The notes: a model not told the origin generated them from the sequence alone. A stretch of 64,000 nucleotides of DNA from an uncultured Gemmatimonadales bacterium (GCA_963783385.1 CAWANJ010000006.1:1-64000), one strand, 5' to 3'. Numbered from the stretch's first letter, positions 40,183-49,979 are shown. Numbers and translations are program-made.

Positions 40183-41038
40183 ATGAGATTCCTGCCTATG
40201 CCTGACCTCTACGAGCACTACCTGCGTGTACTGACTCTGATTCGGGAGTTCTTCCGCGAGCGGGACGTCGTGGAGTTCCTGCCGTCGTGCGCCATGCCCC
40301 GGCTCATCACGGAGCCGGAGGAGCAGATGACGGCGCCTTCCTGCAACCTGATCCTCCCCTACTCGCAGACGTTCGCCAAGCCCGTGGCATCCCTCCTCCT
40401 GGGACGCAGCGTGTGGATGGCCGCGCCCTGCTACAGGCAGGACGAGGGCGACGACCACCTCAGGTGGTATTATCAAATTACGGCCGAATTCCTCGATCTA
40501 CGACTGCACGACGTCGTCCCGATCGCGTGCGACCTGGTTCGGAGCGTGAGCCGGGGCGTGGGCAGAGACTTGCCCGATTTCGAGACGGTCGACCTGGCCG
40601 CCGAGTACGACATCGAGACCGACGAGGCCTTCGACGCCTGGTGCGAGGAATGGAAGCGGGACGCCACGCGGCCGCTGGTGGCCCTGAACAAGCCGCACGC
40701 GACGTCCCCCCTACGCCCATCGATCCTACCGCGAGCGGCCCAACCTCGAGGTGGGCTTCGACCTCCTGTTGCCGGGCGTCGGGGAGGTCATGTCCGGAGG
40801 AGAGAGGAACATGGCGTTGATCCGGGAGGCCTACCGTTTCTCGGACGTCGACCTGCCCCGGGCCCATTCGACCAGCATCGGCATGGGGCTGGAGCGCCTG
40901 GTGGCGTACCTCCTGGACCTGTCGGACATCCGGGACGCCGTGCTGCTCCAGAACCGGGTGGCCGACGTCCCGTGGAACGACCTCCTGGCGCAGGACATGT
41001 ACTACGAGCGCATTCCCCTGGAGGGCCACGAGGCCTGA
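40183..41038 (+). CDS. Stand-alone class II (Asp/Asn/Lys-type) aaRS catalytic-core paralog; extra C in the C6 run at ~40708
   Basis: Motif 1 LIREFFRERDVVEF, motif 2 APCYRQDE..DHL, FDLLLPGVGEVMSGGER, motif 3 GMGLERLVAYLLDLSDIRDAV; no anticodon-binding domain. Confidence 0.8.
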
Positions 41039-41207
41039 CGGACGCCCCGTCCCACAGGCGCGGCGTCTCCGGGCCGAAGGCGGCGGGGCGGCGGATCGCA
41101 CAGCCGCCGACACCCGCCAGGCGCCGACCTTGACACCCTCCGGCCTCCCGTCGACCCTTCTATCAGGATCACGCTTCCGTCCGGTGTCGGTCATGGAGGG
41201 ACACGCC

Positions 41208-41621
41208 ATGAAGCGGAGACGACGCACCCCCATCCTGGCCCCACCCTTCCTCCTCGTGGTCTTCGTCGCCCTCGTCCTCGGATGCGCGCGGGCGTCCGAC
41301 CGGGACACGGGCGGGGAGCGAAACCTCGAAGTGGCGCGTGGCTACATCGACGCGATGAATCGGGGGGACGCGAGCGAGCTGGACGCCGACGGCTTCAAGG
41401 CGATGCACGCCATGGTGCTGGCCGCCTTCACAAACCTCACGATCACCGCCGACGACATGATCGCATCGGGGGACGAGGTGGTGACGCGCTGGACCTTGCG
41501 CGGCAAGCAGGAGGGGCCGTTCCAGGGCATCGCACCCACGGGCGAGGAGTGGGAGCAGGCCGACATAATGGGCCTCATGCGGCAGCTGGGGGCCCCGGAA
41601 GGACCGGACGGGGCCACGTGA
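41208..41621 (+). pseudogene. SnoaL/ester cyclase lipoprotein with two in-frame internal deletions
   Basis: NRGDASELD|ADGFKAM and GIAPTG|EEWEQADIMG lack segments that are present in the adjacent paralog. Confidence 0.55.
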
Positions 41622-42067
41622 TGGAAAACGCCCGCCTGGCCCTCGTGTCACGGATCGCCGACGACATCTGGAACAGGGGGGACCTGGACGCCACCGCGGA
41701 GGTGATGGCCGCCGACGCCGTCTACCACGGGCCGCACATGCCCGACGGCGTCGGCACCCGCCGGGACTGGCGCGAGCACATCGCGCGGGTGCGCGCCGCC
41801 TTCCCCGACTCTCACGTCACCTTCGAGGCGCTCGTCCCCTGCGGAGACCTCGTCGTGGGCCGCTGGAGCGCCACCGGCACGCACACGGGCGCCTTCGGCG
41901 ACCGCCCTCCCACGGGACGAGGGATCTCGATCGGGGGCATCACGATCTACCGGCTGTCCGGCGGGGTGATCGTCGAGGCGTGGGAGCAGCTCGACCTCCT
42001 TGGGATGTGGAGGCAGCTCGGCGCGGCCGAGCCGGCCGGGGGCGGCCCCGCCGGCAAGCCGGACTAG
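41621..42067 (+). CDS. SnoaL/ester cyclase family protein
   Basis: WNRGDLD...AFPDSHVT...GTHTG...PPTGR..ITIYRLSGG. Confidence 0.9.
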   Translation: MENARLALVSRIADDIWNRGDLDATAEVMAADAVYHGPHMPDGVGTRRDWREHIARVRAAFPDSHVTFEALVPCGDLVVGRWSATGTHTGAFGDRPPTGRGISIGGITIYRLSGGVIVEAWEQLDLLGMWRQLGAAEPAGGGPAGKPD

Positions 42068-42128
42068 CGGCGACCGCCCCGGACGACCAACCTCCAGACC
42101 TCGGCCCGAACCGCGGAGGCACGCGTCG

Positions 42129-42554
42129 ATGTCCAGGTTCACGAGAGTTTTGGTCCTGCTGTTCGTCCTCCCGGCGACCTACCTCTTTCTGTACTGGATC
42201 CCCTTCGCACTCCTGCCTTTCTGGGACCAGCGCTGGATCCCCGCCCTCCTGGCACTGGCCGGCGCGATCGGTGTCGGCCTCTACCTGTGGAGGAGACTGG
42301 GCGCGGCGGGAGCGACCGGCGCCTCCACCGTGCTGTCCAGCGGCTTCATCGTCGGGGGCGTGGCGTTCTGCGCGGGATTCTTGGGACCGATGATCTTCGC
42401 GCCCGGAGCGAACCAGGGCCCGCTGCTCGGCCTGCTCATCACGGGGCCGGCGGGCTTCCTCGTCGGCCTGGTCGGCGGCCTGGTGTACTGGCGGCGCGTG
42501 AAGCGCCGGCCTGCGAGCCCTCCCGGGACGTCGAGGCCCGCTTCACCAATGTGA
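42129..42554 (+). CDS. Hypothetical membrane protein
   Basis: GFLGPMIFAPGANQGPLLGLLITGP, a conserved-looking motif. Confidence 0.7.
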   Translation: MSRFTRVLVLLFVLPATYLFLYWIPFALLPFWDQRWIPALLALAGAIGVGLYLWRRLGAAGATGASTVLSSGFIVGGVAFCAGFLGPMIFAPGANQGPLLGLLITGPAGFLVGLVGGLVYWRRVKRRPASPPGTSRPASPM

Positions 42555-42647
42555 GGACCCGGCGCGGCTCATGGCCACCGCGGCCGCCGCGAGCTAGCCT
42601 GTAGGGTCGGCCCCAGGCGAGATCCCCGCTTCCCGGAGTCGCATCCC

Positions 42648-43724
42648 ATGCGCCGGTCGCTCCTCGCGCTCGCTTCGCTGCTCGCGCTCTTCCTCGTCGG
42701 CGCGATCGTCTACGGTGAGATCCGGAGTCCCGAGCATGCCACGCTCGACGCCGCGGCCCGCGCCGGGGCGCCCGGCCGCTTCGTCGACCTCCCGAACGGC
42801 GTCACGCACTACGACCTCTCCGGACCGGACTCAAGCCGGGTCGTCGTCCTCGTGCACGGATTCTCGGTCCCCTACTACATCTGGGACTCGACCGCCGCGG
42901 GCCTGACCCGGTCGGGCTACCGCGTGCTCCGCTACGACCTGTACGGCCGCGGCCTCTCCGACCGGCCCGACGTACGCTACGACGGGGAGCTTTACGACGG
43001 CCAGCTCGCCGCCCTGCTCGACTCCCTCCGGATCCCCGGTCCCGTGGACCTGGTCGGGGTCTCGTTCGGGGGACTGGCTACCGCCCACTTCACCACGACG
43101 CATCCGGGGCGCGTGCACACGCTCACCCTCATCGATCCGGCCGCCGGCCGGGTCCGGCTTCCGTGGACACTGCGAGCGCCCGTGATCGGACCCTGGGTCT
43201 GGAAGGCCTTCGGGGAGCCCCGACTCCCCGACGGCCAGATGACGGATTTTCTCCACCCCGAACGCCATCCGACCTGGATGGACCGGTACCGCCCGCAGAT
43301 GGGCTACCGGGGCTTCGGCCGGGCCCTCCTGTCCACGATGAAGTCGATGAGCCACGTGGACTTCGATTCCGTATACGCCGGGGTCGAGAGGACAGGCGTG
43401 CCGGTGCTGCTCGTCTGGGGGCGGCAGGACCGAACGGTCCCGTTCCGGTGGTCGGAGAGCGTACGCCGCGACATTCCCTCGGCGGAGTTCTTCCCGGTGG
43501 ACTCCGCCGGCCACGTGTCCATGATCGAGCAGGCGGGAGCGGTGAACGCGCGGCTGATCTCGTTCCTGGTCGCCCACCCGGTCGACGCCCCGACGGTCTC
43601 GTCCGTGAGTCCCGGGGGCGATCCGACGCCGGCGGGCGGCGCCGGGTCGAGCGGCGCCTGGATCCCCGGAGCGGATCGGCCGGTCCGCGCCGGGCAGCCC
43701 GGAACCCGAATCGGAGAGACCTAG
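42648..43724 (+). CDS. Alpha/beta fold hydrolase
   Basis: VHGFS, YDLYGRGLS, GVSFGG nucleophile elbow, WGRQD, AGH. Confidence 0.9.
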   Translation: MRRSLLALASLLALFLVGAIVYGEIRSPEHATLDAAARAGAPGRFVDLPNGVTHYDLSGPDSSRVVVLVHGFSVPYYIWDSTAAGLTRSGYRVLRYDLYGRGLSDRPDVRYDGELYDGQLAALLDSLRIPGPVDLVGVSFGGLATAHFTTTHPGRVHTLTLIDPAAGRVRLPWTLRAPVIGPWVWKAFGEPRLPDGQMTDFLHPERHPTWMDRYRPQMGYRGFGRALLSTMKSMSHVDFDSVYAGVERTGVPVLLVWGRQDRTVPFRWSESVRRDIPSAEFFPVDSAGHVSMIEQAGAVNARLISFLVAHPVDAPTVSSVSPGGDPTPAGGAGSSGAWIPGADRPVRAGQPGTRIGET

Positions 43725-43727
43725 CCC

Positions 43728-44018
43728 ATGTCGGCACGCTTCGAGGTCCAGCGAGCCCTGGCCCTTCCCGACCGCGAGCTGCTCGCGCTCGCGGGGACGG
43801 TTCGGGAGGGCACGGCCAGCGCGGGGATGACGGCCCGGCTGGAGGACGAGGAGCAGGCCTTCGAGCATCCCGTGCACGCGGTCGAGTTCCTGGGCGAGGA
43901 GGCCGGCGCCCCCGGTCCCTCTTCGCCCTGCCTCACCTTCCACGCCCGTGACGCGGCGCGGCTTGCGGAGTGGTTGGCGATCGAGTGGGAGGGCCGGGTC
44001 CTGGAGTTGACGTGGTAG
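43728..44018 (+). CDS. Small hypothetical protein
   Basis: Tight packing, coding-like codon usage, LAGTVREG beta-barrel-like pattern. Confidence 0.5.
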   Translation: MSARFEVQRALALPDRELLALAGTVREGTASAGMTARLEDEEQAFEHPVHAVEFLGEEAGAPGPSSPCLTFHARDAARLAEWLAIEWEGRVLELTW

Positions 44019-44207
44019 GGTGACGAAGCGGCGCCGACGGCCGCCGGCGCCCGATCGCCGGCCCTCGCCCGCGCTGGAGCATGTGACTTCAATCCCTTTC
44101 GATTCGTCCAACGAAATGGACACCCGGAGTGTATCCCATCAGGGAGCCACGCCGATCCCCATGGACGGGCGGCGCGGCCCGTTCCCGGGTAACGCGGGAG
44201 GACGCGC

Positions 44208-44873
44208 ATGAGATCGAGTCTGGTCATCGCAGCCATGGCCCTGGTCGTCGCCACGCCGCTCACGGCCCAGAGCAAGGCGCGGCCCCGGCCGCATCGGCAG
44301 CCGCACCGGCAGGTCGTGCAGCGTGTACAGCCCCGGACGGCGCCGCGCAGCCGCGAGGCTCGCCCCGTGCCGCGCCGGACCGAGCCTCAGCGCCGGCAGG
44401 CGGCGCCTCGCCGCGAGCCACGGCGGGCGCCCGCCCCGCGGACCCGGAGCCAGGACGACCGCTACCGGCAAGCCCGCGAGCGAGACCGCAGCTACGATCG
44501 GAACCGGGCATGGGAGCGCGACCCCACGCGGTACGCCGGTCGGGATGGCATCTGGCGCCAGTTCCGCGATCGCGACCGGGACCGGGACGACGGGCGCTAC
44601 CGCCGGGCCCGACCGTTCGAGCACGGCCGCTTCCGCTTCCTGGGTCCGCGCTACCGTTACCCGGTCGTCCGCATCGAGATCGGGGCGCGCCGGGTGTGGC
44701 TGGGAAGCGGGTTTTCGTTCGAGATCGCGGCCTGGGACTGGCCCTACGCCGAGCCCTGGTGCTGGCAGTGTGACCAGTTCGCGATCTACGTCGACCCGTA
44801 CCACCCCGGCTGGTACCTGCTATGGGACCTGCGGTTGGGGCGGTACGTGCACGTGAGGTACCTGGGGCACTGA
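44208..44873 (+). CDS. Secreted Arg-rich low-complexity protein
   Basis: Signal peptide; RDRDRD region; aromatic C-terminal domain YVDPYHPGWYLL; GGAGG RBS. Confidence 0.7.
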   Translation: MRSSLVIAAMALVVATPLTAQSKARPRPHRQPHRQVVQRVQPRTAPRSREARPVPRRTEPQRRQAAPRREPRRAPAPRTRSQDDRYRQARERDRSYDRNRAWERDPTRYAGRDGIWRQFRDRDRDRDDGRYRRARPFEHGRFRFLGPRYRYPVVRIEIGARRVWLGSGFSFEIAAWDWPYAEPWCWQCDQFAIYVDPYHPGWYLLWDLRLGRYVHVRYLGH

Positions 44874-44982
44874 CGAAGCGGCTCCGGGCTCCGCATCGAC
44901 CGGCCCGCGTCGCTCCACGGCCTCGCGCCGCGCGATGCGGGTCGACTCGGTTGCGGCCGGAGACCAGAGGTCGGCCGCCCGA

Positions 44983-45438
44983 CTATCCGTTCAGTATTCG
45001 GGTGAGCGTCCGATCCAGCGCGTTCGCGAAGGCCCGCTTGTCCTGGGGTCCGTATGCCTTCGGCCCGCCGGTGTCGACCCCCGCGTCCCGAAGCGACGCC
45101 ATGAAGTCACGCACCGACAGCCGCTCCCGGACGTTGGCCTCCGTGTAGACTTCTCCCCGGTGGTCCAGCACCAGGACGCCTTTCTCCACCAGCGTCGCCG
45201 CCAGCGGGATGTCGGCGGTGATCGCCAGGTCCCCTTCCGTCGCGTGCTCGGCTATGTGGCTGTCCGCCACGTCCGGACCGCCCTGCACCCATTCCGTGCT
45301 CACGTGAGGGTTGCCGGGAGGCGTCCACAGGCGGCGGTTGGCGACCAGCACGGTCCGGATCTCCAGGCGCCGGGCGGCCCGGTAGACGATCTCCTTCACG
45401 TCCCGCGGTGCCGCGTCCGCATCGACCCAGATGGTCAG
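44983..45438 (-). CDS. YaiI/YqxD family protein (UPF0178)
   Basis: TIWVDADAAP..KE, GPDVAD, ITADIPLAA, RAFANALD. Confidence 0.9.
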   Translation of the reverse strand: MTIWVDADAAPRDVKEIVYRAARRLEIRTVLVANRRLWTPPGNPHVSTEWVQGGPDVADSHIAEHATEGDLAITADIPLAATLVEKGVLVLDHRGEVYTEANVRERLSVRDFMASLRDAGVDTGGPKAYGPQDKRAFANALDRTLTRILNG

Positions 45439-45472
45439 GCTGCCGTCGGCCGGAACGACGCTCCTCCCGTGG

Positions 45473-47314
45473 TCATGGGGACGGTGGCTCCATCAGCCAG
45501 AACAGGGTCCGGTACGACACGACCGTGAACGCGATGGACCGGCCATCCGGAGAGACGGCCGGCTGCGTCTTGTCGGTGGGGTCCGTCGTCACCTGCGCGG
45601 GCGTCCCGCCGGCCGCCGGCACCCGGAAGACCTGGAAATGCCCCTTCGGCCCGGGAGCGATGAACGCCAGCCAGCCGAAGTCGGGAGCGACGCCGAGGCC
45701 CGAGTAGTCCTGCTCGCTGGTGAAGCGGTGGACGAGGCGGGGGCGACCGCCCTCGCGCGCCACCACGTAGAGGGCTCGCCGGCCCGGGCCCTCGGAGGCA
45801 TCAAAGGCCAGGCTGTCCGCGCTCCCGGCCCAGGCCACCTCGTCCACGACCCCGGGGAACCCCTCGATCGGCACCCGGCGCGCCGGACGCGTCACCCGCC
45901 CCGTCGCGGGGTCGATCCCGAGCACCATCGGCACGCCCCGCCAGCGGCCATCCTCGCGCACACCGGTCTCGTACGCGATCCAGCGGCCGTCGGGCGACCA
46001 GCGCGGCCAGCCGGTCTCGTGGCCTCCGTGCGTGATCGGACGGGCGGGCTCGGACCCGTCGGCCGGCTTCAGCCACACGTCGTCGAGGCCGTCGGCGTGC
46101 GAATGCAGGACGATCCAGCGGCCGTCGGGGGACCAGTCCAGGCTCTGGTCCTCCGAGGGAGAGGCCCGGATGACGGCGTCCGGTCGAATCGCGGCTTCGG
46201 GCCGCCCGACGCGCACGGTACCCAGGTCCTGGGCGATGTTCGGGTAGTCGAAGTCGTCCACCACCCGTCGCCACGAGCCGAACGTGAAGGCCACGGCGGA
46301 GCCGTCCGGGCTCCAGGACGGCGTCTCCGATTGGAAGGCCGTGAGCTCGCGGGCCTCTCCCCCACCCGCGGGCACGACCGCGATCGTCACCCGATAGTCC
46401 TGCGTGCCGAACAGCACCCGGCCGTCCCGCGTCACGGAGGGCGCGTACGCGTCCCGGGCGAACCGGGTGAGGACCCGTGACGATCCGCGCTCGATGGGCC
46501 GGGCGCGCAGGTCCAGGGTGCCATGGTCGTTGGGGGCGCCGTAGTAGAGCGTGCTCCCGTCCGGGGAGAAGGCGATCGGACCGTAGGCGATCGGGGCGTC
46601 CGGCCCGGGACCGGCGCCGCACGGAAGACTGAGGTGCGGCTGGCGGCCGGCGAGCTTCAGGCAGGCCACGGTGCGGCCGTCGGGAAACCAGGCAGGGAAA
46701 GAGATCTCCGCCGCGGACGGGCGCAGCTTCCCCCCCGAGCCGTCGGCGCGCGCCGTCCACAGCGCGGAGCCGTCGTTCCACGGGAGGGTGGCGGCGACCC
46801 GATTGCCGCCGGCCGACCAGGCGACCTCCCGGGCGCGGTCGGGATCGAGCAGGACCGTGTCGCCCCCCGGGATGACCGCCGGGACCGGACCGGACCACAG
46901 GCGGCTCGCCTCCCCGGTGGGGACCGAGAAGCGCCACCAGCGCGACCGGCCCACCGAGTCCACCTCGAGCGCTGCCACGCTACGGCCGTCCGGGAGCCAG
47001 GCCAGGGCGCGGATGGCGCGGGCCGGTCGACCGAGCGCGTGGTCCGGGCCGCCCGCCACGCGGACCAGCCGGAGCCGGTCGCCGGACGTGTAGGCGAGCC
47101 ACGCCCCATCGGGGCTGATCGCGCCCCGCGGGTCCCGGTACCCGACCGGTCCCGCCTGGCGGGCGTCGGCCACGAAGCGCAGACGTCTGCCGCCGTCCGC
47201 GACGGAAGACGAGGGCTGCTGGGCCGCGAGGCCGCGGGCCGCCGACGACAGACAGGCGGTGCCCGCGAGGAGCGTGACGCAGCATCGCGTGAGTCCGCGC
47301 ATGGCCCGCAGCAT
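45473..47314 (-). CDS. TolB-like PD40 beta-propeller protein
   Basis: Multiple (P)xWSPDG repeats; signal peptide. Confidence 0.85.
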   Translation of the reverse strand: MLRAMRGLTRCCVTLLAGTACLSSAARGLAAQQPSSSVADGGRRLRFVADARQAGPVGYRDPRGAISPDGAWLAYTSGDRLRLVRVAGGPDHALGRPARAIRALAWLPDGRSVAALEVDSVGRSRWWRFSVPTGEASRLWSGPVPAVIPGGDTVLLDPDRAREVAWSAGGNRVAATLPWNDGSALWTARADGSGGKLRPSAAEISFPAWFPDGRTVACLKLAGRQPHLSLPCGAGPGPDAPIAYGPIAFSPDGSTLYYGAPNDHGTLDLRARPIERGSSRVLTRFARDAYAPSVTRDGRVLFGTQDYRVTIAVVPAGGGEARELTAFQSETPSWSPDGSAVAFTFGSWRRVVDDFDYPNIAQDLGTVRVGRPEAAIRPDAVIRASPSEDQSLDWSPDGRWIVLHSHADGLDDVWLKPADGSEPARPITHGGHETGWPRWSPDGRWIAYETGVREDGRWRGVPMVLGIDPATGRVTRPARRVPIEGFPGVVDEVAWAGSADSLAFDASEGPGRRALYVVAREGGRPRLVHRFTSEQDYSGLGVAPDFGWLAFIAPGPKGHFQVFRVPAAGGTPAQVTTDPTDKTQPAVSPDGRSIAFTVVSYRTLFWLMEPPSP

Positions 47315-47496
47315 AGGGGCACGGGTCCGTTCGTTCAACGGAGCGAGAATTCCGGAGTGGAGGCATCGAGGACCCCGGAGCGGAGCTGTTTCGGAGCCCG
47401 CGCGATTCGATGTTATGATGTCTGTCGTGCCCCAGCCCGGTGGAGGCGCCCGCTTCATGCCTCCTTCGCTCCGTCGGTCGCGGCCGGAGTCTCCCG

Positions 47497-48447
47497 ATGC
47501 GCTCCCTCGTCCGCCGTCACCCGGTCGGCTCGTTCGTGGTCCTGGCCTACGCGCTGTCGTGGGCCGACTGGATCCCGCTCCTCCTCCGGGGAGCGCGCGT
47601 GGCCCCCGGCGGTGCGGTCACGCACTTTCCCGGACTCGTGGGTCCGGCCGTGGCGGCGCTCGCCGTCTCGGCCCTGGCCGAGGGTCCCGCCGGACTCCGG
47701 CGTCTGCTCGGGAAGCTGGGACGTGTCTCGCGGCCCCGGCTCGACTTCCTGGCCTACGCGCTCAGCCCGCTGGGCTTCCTGCTCCTGGCGCTCGGGGCGT
47801 TGGTCATCGCGGAGCGTCCACTCCCCGCGCTCGCGGACTTCGGGGTGTACTCCGGGCTGCCCGCCCTGCCCGTGCCGGTGGTCCTCTTCCTCGTGTTCCT
47901 GTGCAACGGGCTCGGGGAGGAGACGGGCTGGCGCGGATTCGCCCTCGGCCGGTTGCAGGAACGGTACGGTCCGGTCCGGGGCACCCTGTCCGTTGCGTTG
48001 ATCTGGGCCGGCTGGCACCTGCCCCTGTTCGGGGTGGTGGAGACGTACCGAGCCATGGGGCCCGCGGCCCTCCTGGGGGGCTTCGGGCTAGGCCTGTGCG
48101 CCGGAGCGGTGGTGCTGGCCCGGGTGGTCAACCGGACCGGTGGCAGTGTGCTGGCCGCGGCCCTGTGGCACACGTCGTTCAACCTGACCGCGGCGACCGC
48201 TGGCGGCCGCGGGATGATCGGAGCCGTGACCACCACGTGCGTCATGGCCTGGGCGGCGCTCCTGCTCATCCAGGAGTGGCGCCGGCCGCTGGAACGCTCG
48301 AGGTTGGCCGTTCCCGGGGTCGGCCTGGTTCGGGCGGCTGGCGACGCCGTGCCCGGCCAGAGCACCCCGGGGCCGCCCGAGGCCCGTCGGGGGCCGGACG
48401 CCGGCTCGAGCTCTCGAACGAGTTGGAGACCTTGGATGCCGAATTGA
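47497..48447 (+). CDS. CPBP (Abi/CAAX) intramembrane metalloprotease
   Basis: GEETGWRGF, WAGWHLP, WHTSFN. Confidence 0.9.
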   Translation: MRSLVRRHPVGSFVVLAYALSWADWIPLLLRGARVAPGGAVTHFPGLVGPAVAALAVSALAEGPAGLRRLLGKLGRVSRPRLDFLAYALSPLGFLLLALGALVIAERPLPALADFGVYSGLPALPVPVVLFLVFLCNGLGEETGWRGFALGRLQERYGPVRGTLSVALIWAGWHLPLFGVVETYRAMGPAALLGGFGLGLCAGAVVLARVVNRTGGSVLAAALWHTSFNLTAATAGGRGMIGAVTTTCVMAWAALLLIQEWRRPLERSRLAVPGVGLVRAAGDAVPGQSTPGPPEARRGPDAGSSSRTSWRPWMPN

Positions 48448-48487
48448 ACGTGGAGGATGCATGTCGCCACACCCTGACAGGTCTTCG

Positions 48488-49003
48488 ATGGCTCGCTTCG
48501 CCGCGGTCGTGGCGACGGCGCTGACCGGGCTCTCCCTCCTGACCGCGTCCCTGGCCGCGCAGACTCTGGTGTCCTTCCCGGCGAAGGACAGCGGGGTCGT
48601 GTACGCTGACGAGTACGGGGCGGGTACGAACGGCGTCATCCTGGTGCACGGCGCCCGGTTCGACCGCACGAGCTGGAACGCGCAGGCGGTCCGCCTCGAC
48701 AGCGCCGGGTTCCACGTGCTGGCGGTCGACCTCCGGGGGCACGGCCTCTCCCGCGGCCCCTCCTCCACGCCCCCGCGGATCGGCTATCCCCTGGACGTTC
48801 TGGCCTCCGTCGACTACCTGCGCGCCCACGGCGCATCCCGTATCACCCTCGTCGGGGCGAGCATGGGCGGATGGGCCGCCGCCCACGCGCAGTTCCTGTT
48901 CGGCACGGACCAGGGACCGCGCCTGATGCGCGAGATTCTCGAGTTCCTCTCGCAAGGCGGGAGCGTGCCGTCCGGGTCGGACAGCGCCTCCGGCGCCTCC
49001 TAA
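48488..49003 (+). pseudogene. Secreted alpha/beta hydrolase with in-frame internal deletion
   Basis: LVHG, DLRGHGLS and GASMGGWAAA joined directly to the C-terminal HAQFLF...EILEFL. Confidence 0.6.
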
Positions 49004-49143
49004 GGACCTCGACCATGGTCCCGGGACGCGGTGCCGGGCGCGCCCCGGGGCGCGCCCGAGCTTGGAGCGCCGCTCGGATCGTCGTAACGTAGAGAGGTAT
49101 CCACAGGGCGGGCTGGAGGCGAAGTCCAGACCCCGGAGAAGCC

Positions 49144-49455
49144 ATGCCTCGATCCCCAACCAAGCTGTTCGAATCCCGGAGCGCCATGGTCGTCGCCGCG
49201 CTCTACCTGATCGTGGCGGCCCTGACCCTGGTGCTTCCCATCCTGACGCGGTCGAACCTGGCCGGCGTGTGGGCCATCCTCCTCACGCTTCCCTGGAGCG
49301 CGATCTTCCCCATGGACGTCGTGAGCGAGACGGCGCCCGGCCTGGCCGGCGCGGCACGACTGCTGTTCCTGTTCGGCGCCATGGTGCTCAACGCCGCGCT
49401 CCTCTACCTGGGCGTGCGCTGGGCGGGACGCTGGTCGGCGGCGCACCGGCGCTGA
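49144..49455 (+). CDS. Small membrane protein (SCO4225-like)
   Basis: SNLAGVWAILLTLPWS...LNAALL. Confidence 0.6.
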   Translation: MPRSPTKLFESRSAMVVAALYLIVAALTLVLPILTRSNLAGVWAILLTLPWSAIFPMDVVSETAPGLAGAARLLFLFGAMVLNAALLYLGVRWAGRWSAAHRR

Positions 49456-49979
49456 TCTCCGCAACGCTCGTCGGCATCGCCTCCCGGAGGGGAGCGGCCT
49501 GGATCCTGGGTCAGCGCGAGCGCTATCGTCCGGAGGGCCACTCCCTCGGCGACGAGGCGGACGTCCGCCTGGCACCCTTCTTCGACGAGGCCACCCGCCG
49601 CCGGGTCCGCGTGGCCCGGGTCCCCGGCATCGACAATCCACCCTTCTATCGGGAAATTGGCAGGGTCCTCCTCGACTTCACCTGGATGGCGGCCATCACC
49701 TTCGTGGACACGGTGGTGGTGAACCGCCGGTTCGTGGAGGGGCCCGCGCCCGTGGAGCTCCTGTTCCACGAGCTCGTGCACGTAGTCCAGTACGAGGTGC
49801 TCGGCGTGGATGAGTTCACCCGCCGGTACGTGGGCGGGTGGGCCGAGGGCGGCTTCTCGTACCGGGACATTTCCATGGAGCGGATGGCCTACCGGCTCCA
49901 GGCGGAGTTCGAGGCCGGGACGCTGGACGGCCGTGTGAACGAGCTGGTGGCGTCCCAGCTCGCTTCGACCACGAGCTGA
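49452..49979 (+). CDS. Zincin-like HEXXH protein (DUF4157-like); start uncertain
   Basis: AAITFVDTV...LLFHELVHVVQY...Y..ISMERMAY. Confidence 0.7.
   Translation: MISATLVGIASRRGAAWILGQRERYRPEGHSLGDEADVRLAPFFDEATRRRVRVARVPGIDNPPFYREIGRVLLDFTWMAAITFVDTVVVNRRFVEGPAPVELLFHELVHVVQYEVLGVDEFTRRYVGGWAEGGFSYRDISMERMAYRLQAEFEAGTLDGRVNELVASQLASTTS

Noticed and set aside
40700-40715. Programmed frameshift in the aaRS paralog
   Set aside because: The C6 run matches the window-wide homopolymer error pattern and there is no canonical slippery heptamer.
41208-43724. Secondary-metabolite cluster (aaRS paralog + SnoaL cyclases + hydrolase)
   Set aside because: No PKS/NRPS or carrier protein; SnoaL genes are scattered throughout the window and one here is collapsed, so the adjacency is probably incidental.
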